Source: Candidatus Micrarchaeia archaeon (GTDB taxonomy: Archaea > Micrarchaeota > Micrarchaeia > CAILAH01). From it: a DNA stretch of 64,000 bases. Under the pieces are notes generated by a model, which had not been told where the DNA came from, searched no databases, and saw only the letters and a list, made by a program, of their open reading frames with translations. The position numbers and the translations under genes were made by a program. The stretch spans positions 96,001-160,000 of the forward strand of contig JAVZCB010000001.1 in assembly GCA_038874595.1 (NCBI GenBank), in the 5' to 3' direction. Positions 1 to 10,444 of the stretch are shown here, one piece after another; position 1 is the stretch's first letter; each line of letters opens with the position of its first letter.

Positions 1-1
1 T

Positions 2-268
2 GATGTTGTCGTTTCACATTCTGATACGTTACAGTTCAAGCCGCACCCGTCTTCGTTCCAGCTTGCTCTGAAAAAGCTTGGCCTGCCTCCAGTGCACGTG
101 CTTTTTGTGGGCGATGACCCGTCACGTGACATAAAAGGTGCAATGTCGCTCGGTATGAAAACTGCACTTGCAAAGTACGGTGAGACGTGGAAACAGCACC
201 AGCGCCAAGATATAATCCCCGATTATACTTTAGACAAGTTCGAAGACCTGCTTGATATTTTACGTTAA
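2..268 (+). CDS. HAD-superfamily hydrolase, 3' part (runs off window start)
   Basis: Hand translation of frame 2: KPHPSSFQLALKKLG...LFVGDDPSRDIKGAMSLGMKT (HAD motifs III/IV); TAA at 266-268. Confidence 0.85.
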   Translation, partial: DVVVSHSDTLQFKPHPSSFQLALKKLGLPPVHVLFVGDDPSRDIKGAMSLGMKTALAKYGETWKQHQRQDIIPDYTLDKFEDLLDILR

Positions 269-359
269 GTAAACTACAATTTCATATTTTAGAGCATTGT
301 GGATATCCTCTTTTGATATTTACGTTAAAGTGTGCTCGTTTAAATCCTAAAGTTTAGAA

Positions 360-2207
360 TTATCTTTTAATAGATATATAGAATACCCATATACCGGTTA
401 TAACAAATATCAGGCCATGCATAAGCAGTACTTGTAAGTAGATTGGAGCAGGTGAGTTATAAATAATTGCAGATTGCATTGCCGTCATGGCCTGCGTTAG
501 CGGTGATGCCAGGCCGATAGCCGCAACCTGTGATGGCATAAACTCAAACGGGAATAGCAAGCCGCTCAGGAATAGCAGAGGGAGACCTACCACAAGTGAT
601 GCGAGGAACGCTGTGGCCTCAGAATCCGAATAAAGCGCAATGATAATCCCGATAGCGTTGAATATGAATACAGTAAGTGCCAGCACCTCCAGCAGGAACA
701 CGCTGACCTGGATATCAGAGAGCGGGAATGCACCGAACACAACGGATGCAAGCAGGAGCAGCACGATTGCACTCGGCAGCATCACGACAGTATAGCTGGC
801 TACCTTGTACAGGATAAACTCAATAGGGTGCACCTGTGCAAGGCGTATTCTTGCAAACGTCCCGTAATATTTCTCTTTTACGAGCGATGTCGATGATAGG
901 AACAGCGCAATGAACATCAGCACCAGCGGCAGCATGCTCGGGAGCAGGAAATCAAAGAAAGGCCTCTCACCCAGAAGATGATGTGATGAAAGCACTATTG
1001 GGGAGATAACCGTGGACGGTTCACGGGATGTTATCTTATATATTTGTATGCGGCTCTTTCCAATAATCTCCTCAAATTCATACGTCTTGTTTATTATCAG
1101 GTCAAGCGAGTAATCAATTTCCTGGATGGTTTCCAGCGCAGATGCGCGGTTTTCCTCAAGCTCCGCCACAAACCGCGACATTGCACCAAGCTTTGCGTAA
1201 GCGTCCGCGGAGCTGTTTTTTGCAGATGCAATATTAGTTTTGAATTCCTGTATTGTGAGGTTTGCGGTGCGGAGGCCTGCACGCGCTTCGCGTATCTTCA
1301 TTAGCCGTGATTCAACCGCCACGTGCGCCGGTGATACGGTCGAATTGAGCGAATCAAGCGTTACACACAACGGTGCTGACATTGGGTTTGAGCAGTCTAT
1401 ACTACCCCTGGCCGCGCTGATTGCATCAGTTATGTTTGACAGTGAGCCGTTTACGGCCACAAGGTCAGATTCGGTCTGGGCTAGTGCCTCTTCGTACGAT
1501 GCAAAATCAGATTCGATTTTTGTGAGGTTTTCTTCCGCATAGCTCAATTTATTATATGTGGTATTCAGAGTAGCATTGGCAAGCAAAAGATTACCCTTTA
1601 CTAAATTAATATCAAGCGAATTCAATGAATCCGCAGTGGATTTGAGTTGTCCTTTCATTTGTATTGCGCGCGTGCGCGTGGTGCGCGTCTCTTCCAGCAG
1701 TTGCACAAGCTTGGCATCAGCATCATTAAGCTGTGACCATACCTCTAATATGAACTGCCTCCCAACCTCCTGGCCGGTCTGCTGCACAGCAGCTGCCATA
1801 AGAGACTGCAATGAGGGTGACACCTGGAACCTTGAATTATCAAGGAATATCTTTACAACCTGTGCCTGCCCGTTCACGATACCGTTCTCAAACCCTTTTG
1901 GGAGCACAAACGCTGCAGCGAGCCTGCCCGCTTTAACCTCATTGTATAGTGTTTCGCTGCACCGCGCACCTTTGTATTCAACGAGCTCAGTCGCATTAGC
2001 CAGCCCGGATACGAACAGCCTCGAAAAATTGCTTCCATCTTCATCACAGTAGCCCATCCGTGTCTTTTTAAGCTCAACAGATGTGCCGCTGAAAACAAAG
2101 CTTAGTATGATGATTACAAGTGCTGGCACTGCAAGCATAAGCAGCAGTGTGCGGCCGTCACGTGTAAACTGCCGCCAGTCCTTTGCAATCTCACTTTGGA
2201 GTTTCAT
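360..2207 (-). CDS. ABC-2 type transporter permease with long extracellular coiled coil (YhgE/Pip-like)
   Basis: N-terminal TM, heptad-rich middle, C-terminal ABC2 membrane region (FLSGLLFPFEFMP...SPLT); ATG at 2207 overlaps the ATPase stop. Confidence 0.85.
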   Translation of the reverse strand: MKLQSEIAKDWRQFTRDGRTLLLMLAVPALVIIILSFVFSGTSVELKKTRMGYCDEDGSNFSRLFVSGLANATELVEYKGARCSETLYNEVKAGRLAAAFVLPKGFENGIVNGQAQVVKIFLDNSRFQVSPSLQSLMAAAVQQTGQEVGRQFILEVWSQLNDADAKLVQLLEETRTTRTRAIQMKGQLKSTADSLNSLDINLVKGNLLLANATLNTTYNKLSYAEENLTKIESDFASYEEALAQTESDLVAVNGSLSNITDAISAARGSIDCSNPMSAPLCVTLDSLNSTVSPAHVAVESRLMKIREARAGLRTANLTIQEFKTNIASAKNSSADAYAKLGAMSRFVAELEENRASALETIQEIDYSLDLIINKTYEFEEIIGKSRIQIYKITSREPSTVISPIVLSSHHLLGERPFFDFLLPSMLPLVLMFIALFLSSTSLVKEKYYGTFARIRLAQVHPIEFILYKVASYTVVMLPSAIVLLLLASVVFGAFPLSDIQVSVFLLEVLALTVFIFNAIGIIIALYSDSEATAFLASLVVGLPLLFLSGLLFPFEFMPSQVAAIGLASPLTQAMTAMQSAIIYNSPAPIYLQVLLMHGLIFVITGIWVFYISIKR

Positions 2208-3147
2208 TAGCTGCACCCTCACGAAGTTTTGCACCCGTCAGTTTCAGGAACACATCCTCAAGCGACGGCCGTGATATTGAAAATTCAACAATCTTCTCTT
2301 CGTGCTTTGCAAATATTTTGGTTATATCCTGCACCAGTGCTGAAATATCATCAGATTCAACAATAACTCCGTGCTCAGTAGGCGTGATTAGCGAGATGCC
2401 TTTAACCTTACGCAGTTTTTCAAGTATTGCATCATACCTCCCAGGGATTGATTTTATCCTTGCGATCTCCCTGCCAGCCATTTTCTTGAGCGTTGCAGGC
2501 GTCCCGTCAGCAACCACCTTCCCGGAATTCATAAGCACAATGCGCGTGCACAACGCCTCCGCTTCCTCAAGGTAATGCGTTGTTAAAAGCACGGTTGCAT
2601 TGGTATCACGCGCCACTTCACGGACGGCTTGCCACATGCTATTCCTGACTGCTGGGTCCAGCCCAGTGGTCGGCTCATCTAAAATGATAATCTTTGGGTT
2701 ATGCATAAGCGCACACGCCAGGTTTAGCCTGCGTTTCATGCCTCCTGAGAGGCTTGCTGCAGGCACATCTTTCTTATCAGCAAGGTTCAGCTTGCGCAAC
2801 AATTTATCCGCGCGCGTATCTGCCTCTCTACCCGAGATGCCATAAAGTGAGCCAAAGTAAAGCAGGTTTTCTTTACACGTGAGTAACGGGTAGATTGCAT
2901 TATCCTGGGGTGCTACACCAATCAGCTTACGGTTTGATTTTGAGATGTTTTCCTCAAATATTGTTAATTCACCGGCGGTTGGCTCCTCAACACCTGCAAT
3001 TATATTGATGAACGTGCTCTTGCCGGCACCGTTCGGCCCTAGCAGGCCTATTATCTCGCCTTCATAAATATCAAGTGAGAACTCCTCAAGCGCAGTTTTA
3101 TCAGGGTATTTCTTAGTGAGATTTTTCGCGCTTATCACGGTCGCCAT
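2191..3147 (-). CDS. ABC transporter ATP-binding protein
   Basis: GPNGAGKST, LSGGMKRR, ILDEPT, TTH motifs. Confidence 0.95.
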   Translation of the reverse strand: MATVISAKNLTKKYPDKTALEEFSLDIYEGEIIGLLGPNGAGKSTFINIIAGVEEPTAGELTIFEENISKSNRKLIGVAPQDNAIYPLLTCKENLLYFGSLYGISGREADTRADKLLRKLNLADKKDVPAASLSGGMKRRLNLACALMHNPKIIILDEPTTGLDPAVRNSMWQAVREVARDTNATVLLTTHYLEEAEALCTRIVLMNSGKVVADGTPATLKKMAGREIARIKSIPGRYDAILEKLRKVKGISLITPTEHGVIVESDDISALVQDITKIFAKHEEKIVEFSISRPSLEDVFLKLTGAKLREGAANETPK

Positions 3148-3211
3148 ACATCTAAACATCCCAACAATCTTTTATAAATTCAACAGTATGGATTACCAAT
3201 TACCCACTGCA

Positions 3212-3703
3212 TTAATTCATAATGAGTATGAAGTAATTCAGGATACCTGCAAAACTCACCCATAAGAGGTATGGCACCTGTAAGAGAGCGGCTATCCTGT
3301 TTATTTGATAGAACCTGAAAATCATATACACTATTGATATCCAGAGCAGCAGTATTACAATTAACCCATATAACGGCGACTGCAACCCAAAGAAAGCAAA
3401 CGACCATAATACGTTAAGTGCAAGCTGGACCGCAAATACTGCCAGTGCAGGAATTCTCTCCTTATGCCCAGAAGTATAAATAAGATATAGCGAGACACCC
3501 ATCAATGCATAAAGTGTTATCCAGACAGGTGAGAACAGCCAGTTGGGTGGCCTGAACTCCGGCTTTTCAAGCTGTTCGTACCAGCTTTCGATGTTAGGTA
3601 TAGTAAACAAGGAACCAATAACACCAGCCAGTTCACAGGTAAGGATGGCAATGATGAGCATTCCTGCTTTTTTAATTATTTGGCTTTCAGGTGTTCTTTT
3701 CAT
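3212..3703 (-). CDS. tspO: TspO/MBR family tryptophan-rich sensory protein
   Basis: WYEQLEKPEFRPPNWLFSPVW, LNVLWSFAFFG, PYLLWVSFA signatures. Confidence 0.93.
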   Translation of the reverse strand: MKRTPESQIIKKAGMLIIAILTCELAGVIGSLFTIPNIESWYEQLEKPEFRPPNWLFSPVWITLYALMGVSLYLIYTSGHKERIPALAVFAVQLALNVLWSFAFFGLQSPLYGLIVILLLWISIVYMIFRFYQINRIAALLQVPYLLWVSFAGILNYFILIMN

Positions 3704-3706
3704 GTG

Positions 3707-3876
3707 TGGAAAACATCAGCACTTAAGCATAAAAATACTACTTCCTAATGTAAATTTGGCATTCTGTAGTATAAATCTAAGTTGTATTAATTTACGATTT
3801 TTTCATAAGAAAACATTACACTGATTTTTTGTGAGATGGAAAACATCAGCACTTAAGCATAAAAATACTACTTCCT
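3707..3876. repeat. Perfect 40-bp direct repeat (3707-3746 and 3837-3876) in the divergent tspO/UPF0147 promoter region
   Basis: tggaaaacatcagcacttaagcataaaaatactacttcct occurs twice with 130-bp period. Confidence 0.95.
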
Positions 3877-3922
3877 TTAATGTAATCTGCCATTAATTTT
3901 AATGATGGTGGGGTGGCCCATT

Positions 3923-4198
3923 ATGGCAAAAAAATCATCAGATGAAAACGAACGCAAAATCTCCCAAATTGTTGAGTTTATGGATATGCTGATGGGTGAT
4001 AATACTATCCCCCGAAACATCAAGAAAGCAATAAGCGATGCAAAGGATAAGCTGCTCGCACCCGGGGACCCGGTTTTTCGTGCAAGCTCTGCAGTGTATA
4101 CGCTTGAGAATGTAAGTGAGGATATAAACCTGCCGATGCACGCACGCACACAAATATGGAACATAGTCAGCACCCTTGAGACGATAAAGGAGAAGTGA
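3923..4198 (+). CDS. UPF0147 family protein
   Basis: DNTIPRNIKK...D.NLPMHARTQIWNIVSTLE is the archaeal UPF0147 pattern. Confidence 0.88.
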   Translation: MAKKSSDENERKISQIVEFMDMLMGDNTIPRNIKKAISDAKDKLLAPGDPVFRASSAVYTLENVSEDINLPMHARTQIWNIVSTLETIKEK

Positions 4199-5724
4199 GT
4201 GTGATGCTCCAGAGGTTTGCCGATGAGGGCTTCCTCGTGGAATCGGGTGTTGACCGCCTGCTTGCAGAATGCGGTCTCCAGGCAGATGCAATAATTGAGT
4301 TTGCAAAACAGCGTGATGAGTTTATAATCTCGCATTCCTTGATTGAGGATTATCTCAGGCAGAAGCATGAGCAGGAGAAAGCCTCTTTGCAAGAGCCTAT
4401 CGAACCTGAAACGCAGGCGTGCATTGAGAAAGTTGTTGAGGTGAAGGTTGAGCGCCCAGTTTTCCGTGCACTGGCATCAGAGTATCCATCACGTATTGAG
4501 CACATTGCCAGGTATGATGTGAGCGGCAAGTCCACTTGTGAGGGCACAGTTGATGATTTTGTATCGCTTTTCAAGGATAGGCACAAGAGGATATCTGCAC
4601 TCTTGCACGCACAGCCGTCACAGTATCCAGTGACCACATTAAACGGTGCAAAGAAGGGTGAGAAGTGCAGGTTTATTGGGATGGTGCGCTCAAAAACGGT
4701 AACAAAGAATGGGCACCTGATAATTGAGATTGAGGATGAGCAGGGTGTGATGAAAGGGTTCATAAACAGCTCAAAGAAGGAGCTGATGGCCCTCTCAGGG
4801 CAGGTGCTTTTGGATGAGGTGCTCGCATTTGACGGTAATTACAAAGACCCTTTCTTCTTTATTGATGCAATTACGTGGCCGGATATCCCGGTAAGCAAAC
4901 CAAAACGCCTGATTGAGGAGGACCTTTCAATAGCTTTCTTATCCGATTTGCACGTTGGCAGCAAACTTTTTCTGGAAGACCAGTTTAAGCATATGCTTAA
5001 CTGGCTGAAGGGCAACTGCGGGGATGCGCGTGAGCGCGAGATTGCTTCCTCTGTAAAATACCTGTTTATAGCAGGTGATATGGTTGACGGTATAGGGATA
5101 TACCCCAACCAGGAGAAGGAGCTTGCAATACAGGACATTTATGAGCAGTACAATACGTTGTTCAATTATCTTGAGCAGGTCCCGGAATACATTGACATCA
5201 TAATGATACCAGGTAATCACGATGCGGTCAGGAGAGGTGACCCGCAACCGCGTATCCCGGATGAGTTCATTAGGAACAAGCGCTCAAACTATCATTTTGG
5301 CTCATCACCATCCTGGTTTAAGGTTGAAGGGCTAAACTGCCTGCTTTATCACGGCAATTCGCTTGATTCAATGATTGCAAACATAGCGGGGCTTTCATAC
5401 AACGAGCCAGAGAAGGCGCAGGTTGAATACTTGAAAAGGAGGCACTTGTCACCGATATATGGCTCTAACCACATAATCCCAGAGAAGGAGGATTATATGG
5501 TGATTGAGGACGTCCCGGATATTGTACATATGGGGCACGTGCATAAGAACGGTTATGTTGAGTACCGCAACGTGCTGTGTATTAACGCAGGCACGTGGCA
5601 GTCGCGTACCGAGTACCAGCGTATGCAGGGGCACATACCTACACCTGCAATTCTTCCGATATATAATATGAAACGCGGCTCGATTCGCCAGGTTGATTTC
5701 AATGGTGGTACCGTTGAGTGCTGA
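4195..5724 (+). CDS. polB: DNA polymerase D small subunit DP1 (proofreading exonuclease)
   Basis: OB fold plus phosphoesterase motifs SDLHVGS, AGDMVDGIGIYP, PGNHD, YHG, GHVH. Confidence 0.96.
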   Translation: MSVMLQRFADEGFLVESGVDRLLAECGLQADAIIEFAKQRDEFIISHSLIEDYLRQKHEQEKASLQEPIEPETQACIEKVVEVKVERPVFRALASEYPSRIEHIARYDVSGKSTCEGTVDDFVSLFKDRHKRISALLHAQPSQYPVTTLNGAKKGEKCRFIGMVRSKTVTKNGHLIIEIEDEQGVMKGFINSSKKELMALSGQVLLDEVLAFDGNYKDPFFFIDAITWPDIPVSKPKRLIEEDLSIAFLSDLHVGSKLFLEDQFKHMLNWLKGNCGDAREREIASSVKYLFIAGDMVDGIGIYPNQEKELAIQDIYEQYNTLFNYLEQVPEYIDIIMIPGNHDAVRRGDPQPRIPDEFIRNKRSNYHFGSSPSWFKVEGLNCLLYHGNSLDSMIANIAGLSYNEPEKAQVEYLKRRHLSPIYGSNHIIPEKEDYMVIEDVPDIVHMGHVHKNGYVEYRNVLCINAGTWQSRTEYQRMQGHIPTPAILPIYNMKRGSIRQVDFNGGTVEC

Positions 5725-8700
5725 TAACTCAAGAACACACACAGATAACAACGCACAGCAGCAGGCAACAGCCATTATTCATAATGATATCAAGGCATAT
5801 TTCAAGCGTATCGAGGAGGGGGCACAGGAAGCGCTCAGGATTGCAAACGAGGCGCGCAGGAAAGGCTACGATTTCGTTGACCATGTTGAGATAACGCTTG
5901 CACCTGATGTTGCAGGCCGTGTTGAGGGTATTGTTGGGCCGAAAGGCATTTCTGAGGTTATCAGGGAGCTGGTCGCACAGAAGAAGACGCGCGATGAGGT
6001 TGCGTTTGAGATTGCGCGCCGTATCACCACCAATGAATTTGCGACCGGCCTCAACACTGAGCAGCGGCTCGGGCAGGCAGTACGTACCGGCCTTGCGGTG
6101 CTTACCGAAGGTGTGCTGGTAGCACCTACTGAAGGTATATCCGCAGTTAAGATTGAGAAGAACCCTGACGGCTCAAACTACTTAGCGATTTATTTCTCCG
6201 GCCCGATTAGGTCGGCAGGAGGTACCGCAGCAGCATTGGCTGTCCTGCTGGGTGATTACGTCCGCCGGTTTGCTGATATTGGCGATTTTATACCTACAGA
6301 AACAGAACTGCTCCGCTATGTTGAGGAAGTGAATTTATATGATGCAAGGTGTGCCAGGCTGCAGTACAAGCCGCCAGATGAGGATATAAAATGGGTATTC
6401 AAGAATTGCAAGGTATGCATTGCAGGTGAGCCTACACACGATATTGAGGTTAGCGTGTACAGGAACCTTGAGCGCATGAAGACCAATAGGGTACGCAGCG
6501 GTGTTGCGCTCGTGAGCTGTGAAGGGATTGCACAGAAAGCGCGTAAAGTCCTCAAATACGCAAAGAAGTACGGGCTTGACTGGGGCTGGCTTGAGAAGCT
6601 TGTCAAGGAGAAAAAGAAAGAGGATAAGGTTGAAATCAAGCCGAACGATACGTTCTTGGAAGGGCTTGTTGCAGGCAGGCCGGTCTTTTCGTACCCATCA
6701 GCAAAAGGCGGGTTTAGGCTAAGGTATGGGCGCACGCGGTTTACAGGTATTGCTGCAAAAGCGATACACCCTGCTACTATGGTGCTGCTTGATTATTTCC
6801 CTGCGTTGGGAACACAGCTTAAGATAGAACGCCCAGGTAAAGGCACGGTAATAACACCGTGCGATACAATAATGGGCCCAATCGTTAGGCTCAAGAATGG
6901 TGATGTTGTATATGTTTCATCCTCAGATGAGGCAAAACTGCTTTATGAAGATGTTGAAAAAATCCTATTTCTAGGCGACATGCTTATATCCTATAATGAT
7001 TTTTCAAAAGCGAACCACGTGCTTTTACCATCACCGTTCGTTGAGGAGATATGGGACATGCTCGCTGCAGAAAAGTCAGCAAGCCAGGGTGAGCAAATCG
7101 TACGGCCCAGGACGGCGCGTGAGGCGTTTGATTTATCACGGAAGACATCGCTCCCATTATACCCGGCATACCTATACTTTTGGAGTGATATCTCAAAAGA
7201 AGAGCTGTTGACACTTGTTAACGCAATCACATCTGCTGGCAAAGTTGAGCTTGATTGGTTTGATGTAAAATCGCTTACAATCAATGATATGAGCGCAAAG
7301 CCCGTGCTTGAATCGCTCGGTGTGCCTCACAAGCTTAGGGATGGCGCAATAATAGTTGAAGGTGATCATGCATATTCACTTCTTGCCACACTCGGTATGC
7401 TTGGAAGCAGTTCAAACGCTAAAATATCCAGGGAAGTTATCGATTCTGCTGTTTCAAACGCCAATACTGATGACGTGTGCTCCATACTCACAATAGCATC
7501 AGGTGTTGAGATACGCAGGAAATCCACATATTATATAGGGTCCAGGATGGGCCGGCCTGAGAAGGCAGATGACCGCTCAATGGCAGGTTCTGTCCACGGC
7601 CTGTTCCCGATAGGAACGCTCGGTGGCAAACTCCGTAGTGTCTCAACAGCGATAAAGAGCAATTATGCATCCTCACTTAATGTTGACCTTGTAGAGCTGC
7701 ACTGCCACAAATGCAACGCAGTATCTTTTTATCCTGTATGCATTTCATGCGGTGCGCGCATCGAGTATGATATCTCAGCAGTTAAGCATAGTGTCAGGCC
7801 GATTGATTTCAAGTCGCTTTACGAGCGTGCAGTAAAACGATGCGATTGTTCACCTGAAGGGTTCCGTCTCATCGTGGGGCTTACAAGCAGCACAAAGTTC
7901 CCTGAAGCGCTCGAGAAAGGGCTTCTCCGTGCAAAACACGGCGTTTACGTGTTCAAGGATGGCACGTGCAGGTTTGATTCAACTGACCTGCCGGCAACGC
8001 ATTTCAGGCCGCGTGAGATAGGTACCTCAATTGAAAAGCTGCGCGAGCTTGGCTATCTATATGATGCTTCCGGCGCCCCGCTCGAATCCGAGGACCAGGT
8101 TGTTGAGCTGTTACCGCAGGATATAATATTATCAGAGAACTCTGCTGACTTTTTTTTGCGGCTCTCTCATTTCATTGATGACCTGCTCATACACCTATAT
8201 GGCATGAAGCCTTTTTACAATGCAGACTCAAAGGAGGACCTTATAGGCCATTTGTTTATCACACTCTCACCGCATACATCTGCAGGTGTGGTAAGCCGCC
8301 TCATCGGTTTTATTAAGGGCCGTGTCGGCATATCACATCCATATGTGATTTGTGCGCGCAGGAGAAATGCGGATGGTGATGAGGATACCGCGATACTTTT
8401 GATGGATGCATTCCTTAATTTCTCAAAGCTATACCTTCCAGAGACACGCGGCTCAACCATGGATGCGCCTATCGTTCTTACAACGGTTGTTGACCCTGCC
8501 GAGGTTGATGATGAAGTGCATGCAATGGAGGTTGTCAAATCTTATGGGCTCGAATTTTACAAGGCCGCTGAAGAGTACAAGCCGCCAAGCGCAATCAAGC
8601 CAGAGCTTGTTGAGGACAGGCTCGGGAAAGAAAGCGCGTTTTACTCTCTGGGGTATACGCACGAAGTCACGGATATAAATGATTCTCCAGTCCGTTCCGA

Positions 8701-9115
8701 GTACGTGCTATTAAAATCAATGAAGGATAAGCTTGATAAGCAGTTCTCACTATACAGCAGGCTGCGCGCAGTTGATGCAGTCGATGCGGCCACGCGGTTG
8801 CTATCATCGCATTTCATCCCAGACATCTATGGGAACCTACGCTCATTTTCCAGGCAGACGTTCCGCTGTGGCGGCTGCAACAACATTTATAGGAGAGTAC
8901 CATTATGCGGTAAATGCGAGAAGTGCGGCGGCAAGCTTCTCCTAACAATCAACAAGGGTGGGATTGAGAAATACATCAAGCTCGCCAAGTATCTCATAAC
9001 CAAGTACGATCTTCCTGAGTATACGATGCAGCGGTTGGAGCGCGTAGAGAAGGAAATCTCATCGATATTTGAGGATGAAAAAAAGAAGCAGTCATCTTTG
9101 GCGCAGTTCTTGTGA
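5702..9115 (+). CDS. polC: DNA polymerase D large subunit DP2, intein-free
   Basis: GPIRSAGGT, GGFRLRYGR, RMGRPEKA, FKDGTCRFD, RRNADGDED, C-terminal Zn finger and PIP box QSSLAQFL; exact start uncertain. Confidence 0.97.
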   Translation: MVVPLSADNSRTHTDNNAQQQATAIIHNDIKAYFKRIEEGAQEALRIANEARRKGYDFVDHVEITLAPDVAGRVEGIVGPKGISEVIRELVAQKKTRDEVAFEIARRITTNEFATGLNTEQRLGQAVRTGLAVLTEGVLVAPTEGISAVKIEKNPDGSNYLAIYFSGPIRSAGGTAAALAVLLGDYVRRFADIGDFIPTETELLRYVEEVNLYDARCARLQYKPPDEDIKWVFKNCKVCIAGEPTHDIEVSVYRNLERMKTNRVRSGVALVSCEGIAQKARKVLKYAKKYGLDWGWLEKLVKEKKKEDKVEIKPNDTFLEGLVAGRPVFSYPSAKGGFRLRYGRTRFTGIAAKAIHPATMVLLDYFPALGTQLKIERPGKGTVITPCDTIMGPIVRLKNGDVVYVSSSDEAKLLYEDVEKILFLGDMLISYNDFSKANHVLLPSPFVEEIWDMLAAEKSASQGEQIVRPRTAREAFDLSRKTSLPLYPAYLYFWSDISKEELLTLVNAITSAGKVELDWFDVKSLTINDMSAKPVLESLGVPHKLRDGAIIVEGDHAYSLLATLGMLGSSSNAKISREVIDSAVSNANTDDVCSILTIASGVEIRRKSTYYIGSRMGRPEKADDRSMAGSVHGLFPIGTLGGKLRSVSTAIKSNYASSLNVDLVELHCHKCNAVSFYPVCISCGARIEYDISAVKHSVRPIDFKSLYERAVKRCDCSPEGFRLIVGLTSSTKFPEALEKGLLRAKHGVYVFKDGTCRFDSTDLPATHFRPREIGTSIEKLRELGYLYDASGAPLESEDQVVELLPQDIILSENSADFFLRLSHFIDDLLIHLYGMKPFYNADSKEDLIGHLFITLSPHTSAGVVSRLIGFIKGRVGISHPYVICARRRNADGDEDTAILLMDAFLNFSKLYLPETRGSTMDAPIVLTTVVDPAEVDDEVHAMEVVKSYGLEFYKAAEEYKPPSAIKPELVEDRLGKESAFYSLGYTHEVTDINDSPVRSEYVLLKSMKDKLDKQFSLYSRLRAVDAVDAATRLLSSHFIPDIYGNLRSFSRQTFRCGGCNNIYRRVPLCGKCEKCGGKLLLTINKGGIEKYIKLAKYLITKYDLPEYTMQRLERVEKEISSIFEDEKKKQSSLAQFL

Positions 9116-9357
9116 ATGAAGATGAGACTATATTTATGTGGTTTTTATATCTGCTCTCAGAATAGTATTTTATCTATGTATATAGTACGCCTTTTCTAAT
9201 AAATAAGGTTGAGAAGGAGATACTTGTTTTCTTAATAACTGCTTTTTATAGTATTTTATTGCAACATTATTGTAACAGTTTATGAAAGTAGAAATTAATT
9301 AAGGCTGTAGATATTTGTATTTAATATATTTTCCAGTGATTTATTCTTGGTGTGATA

Positions 9358-10338
9358 ATGGATTTTTTTGAAGGAGTTCTTGTTATTATAAGTGCATTAA
9401 TATTTGCTGCGTTTTCGGCAGCTGTTGGTTATTATTATGGGGTGCAAACAGAACGCAAACGTAAAGAATATGAGTCAAATTCAGCATTAATTCATATCAA
9501 TCAGCAGTTAGCTGAGATTAAGATTAAGTTTGAAGAGATTGAGAAAGCCCGTAAAGATCGTGAGAAATTAGTGTCTGATATGAATGCAGAACGCATTGAA
9601 TTTATGGATATCCTTAGAAAGGACGCAAGTAAAAAGGAAGAAGATAGACTTAAACAAGTTCAAGAAATTATAGATAATATGGGTAAAATAGAAAGAATTC
9701 TTGTTGGTACTTATTCAAGAGGTAAGTCGGGTGAAGAACTTTTGAAAGAATCACTAAAAGATTTCATAAAAATACGCCTGGTAGAATGTAATGTATCCGT
9801 TGGCAATAATCTTACTGTCGAATATGGCTGGAAACTTAATGATGGTAAGTATATCCCTATAGATTCCAAATATCCAGATATATTTGGTCAAATTAGGAAA
9901 TTAGATGAAACCAACGATGCGAACGCTCGTAAAAAACTTAAGGAAATGATTAAGCGAACTTTAGAAAGAAATATAGATGATATCACAAAATATCAGAATC
10001 AAACAAAAACTACAGATTACTGTATTCTTTCAGTTCCAGATTCAATAATTGAGCTTTTACCAGAAATATGTCATTATGGTTTATCAAAAAGAGTTTTTGT
10101 CGTAGGATACTCAAATACAGCTATAATTGCGTTCCTTATCGCACAACAGTATAATAAAAGTTTGGAAGAACGTGATGTAAAGGAATTAAGCCAGATTATC
10201 GAGAGTCTCTCTATGATATTGGATAAGATTTCTGAGAACGTTAGTACTATCGAACGTGGGATTAAAATGGTCAAAAATGCCAGTGAAGATATTCAAGCTG
10301 AGGTGGTAAAGGGCAAACAAAAGATTAAGTTGTATTAA
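9358..10338 (+). CDS. rmuC: RmuC family protein (TM, coiled coil, PD-(D/E)XK-like domain)
   Basis: RGKSGEELL...IPIDSKYP...TTDYCILSVP matches the RmuC pattern. Confidence 0.8.
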   Translation: MDFFEGVLVIISALIFAAFSAAVGYYYGVQTERKRKEYESNSALIHINQQLAEIKIKFEEIEKARKDREKLVSDMNAERIEFMDILRKDASKKEEDRLKQVQEIIDNMGKIERILVGTYSRGKSGEELLKESLKDFIKIRLVECNVSVGNNLTVEYGWKLNDGKYIPIDSKYPDIFGQIRKLDETNDANARKKLKEMIKRTLERNIDDITKYQNQTKTTDYCILSVPDSIIELLPEICHYGLSKRVFVVGYSNTAIIAFLIAQQYNKSLEERDVKELSQIIESLSMILDKISENVSTIERGIKMVKNASEDIQAEVVKGKQKIKLY

Positions 10339-10444
10339 TGTTTTGGTTATTGAAAACTCTATACTTAAACTGGCTATTTCGGAAACCGAAAACTTATTAT
10401 TTAGTTAATCTCTAAGTAAATTCATCTCTAAATGGGAGGATGAT

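Noticed and set aside
252-328. About 17-bp repeat of the HAD gene end (ttgatattt(t)acgttaa)
   Set aside because: Short and AT-rich with no associated element; may be a small scar but cannot be supported
9207-9222. Third trace of the polC 3' end (gttgagaaggagat)
   Set aside because: Too short and purine-rich to distinguish from chance
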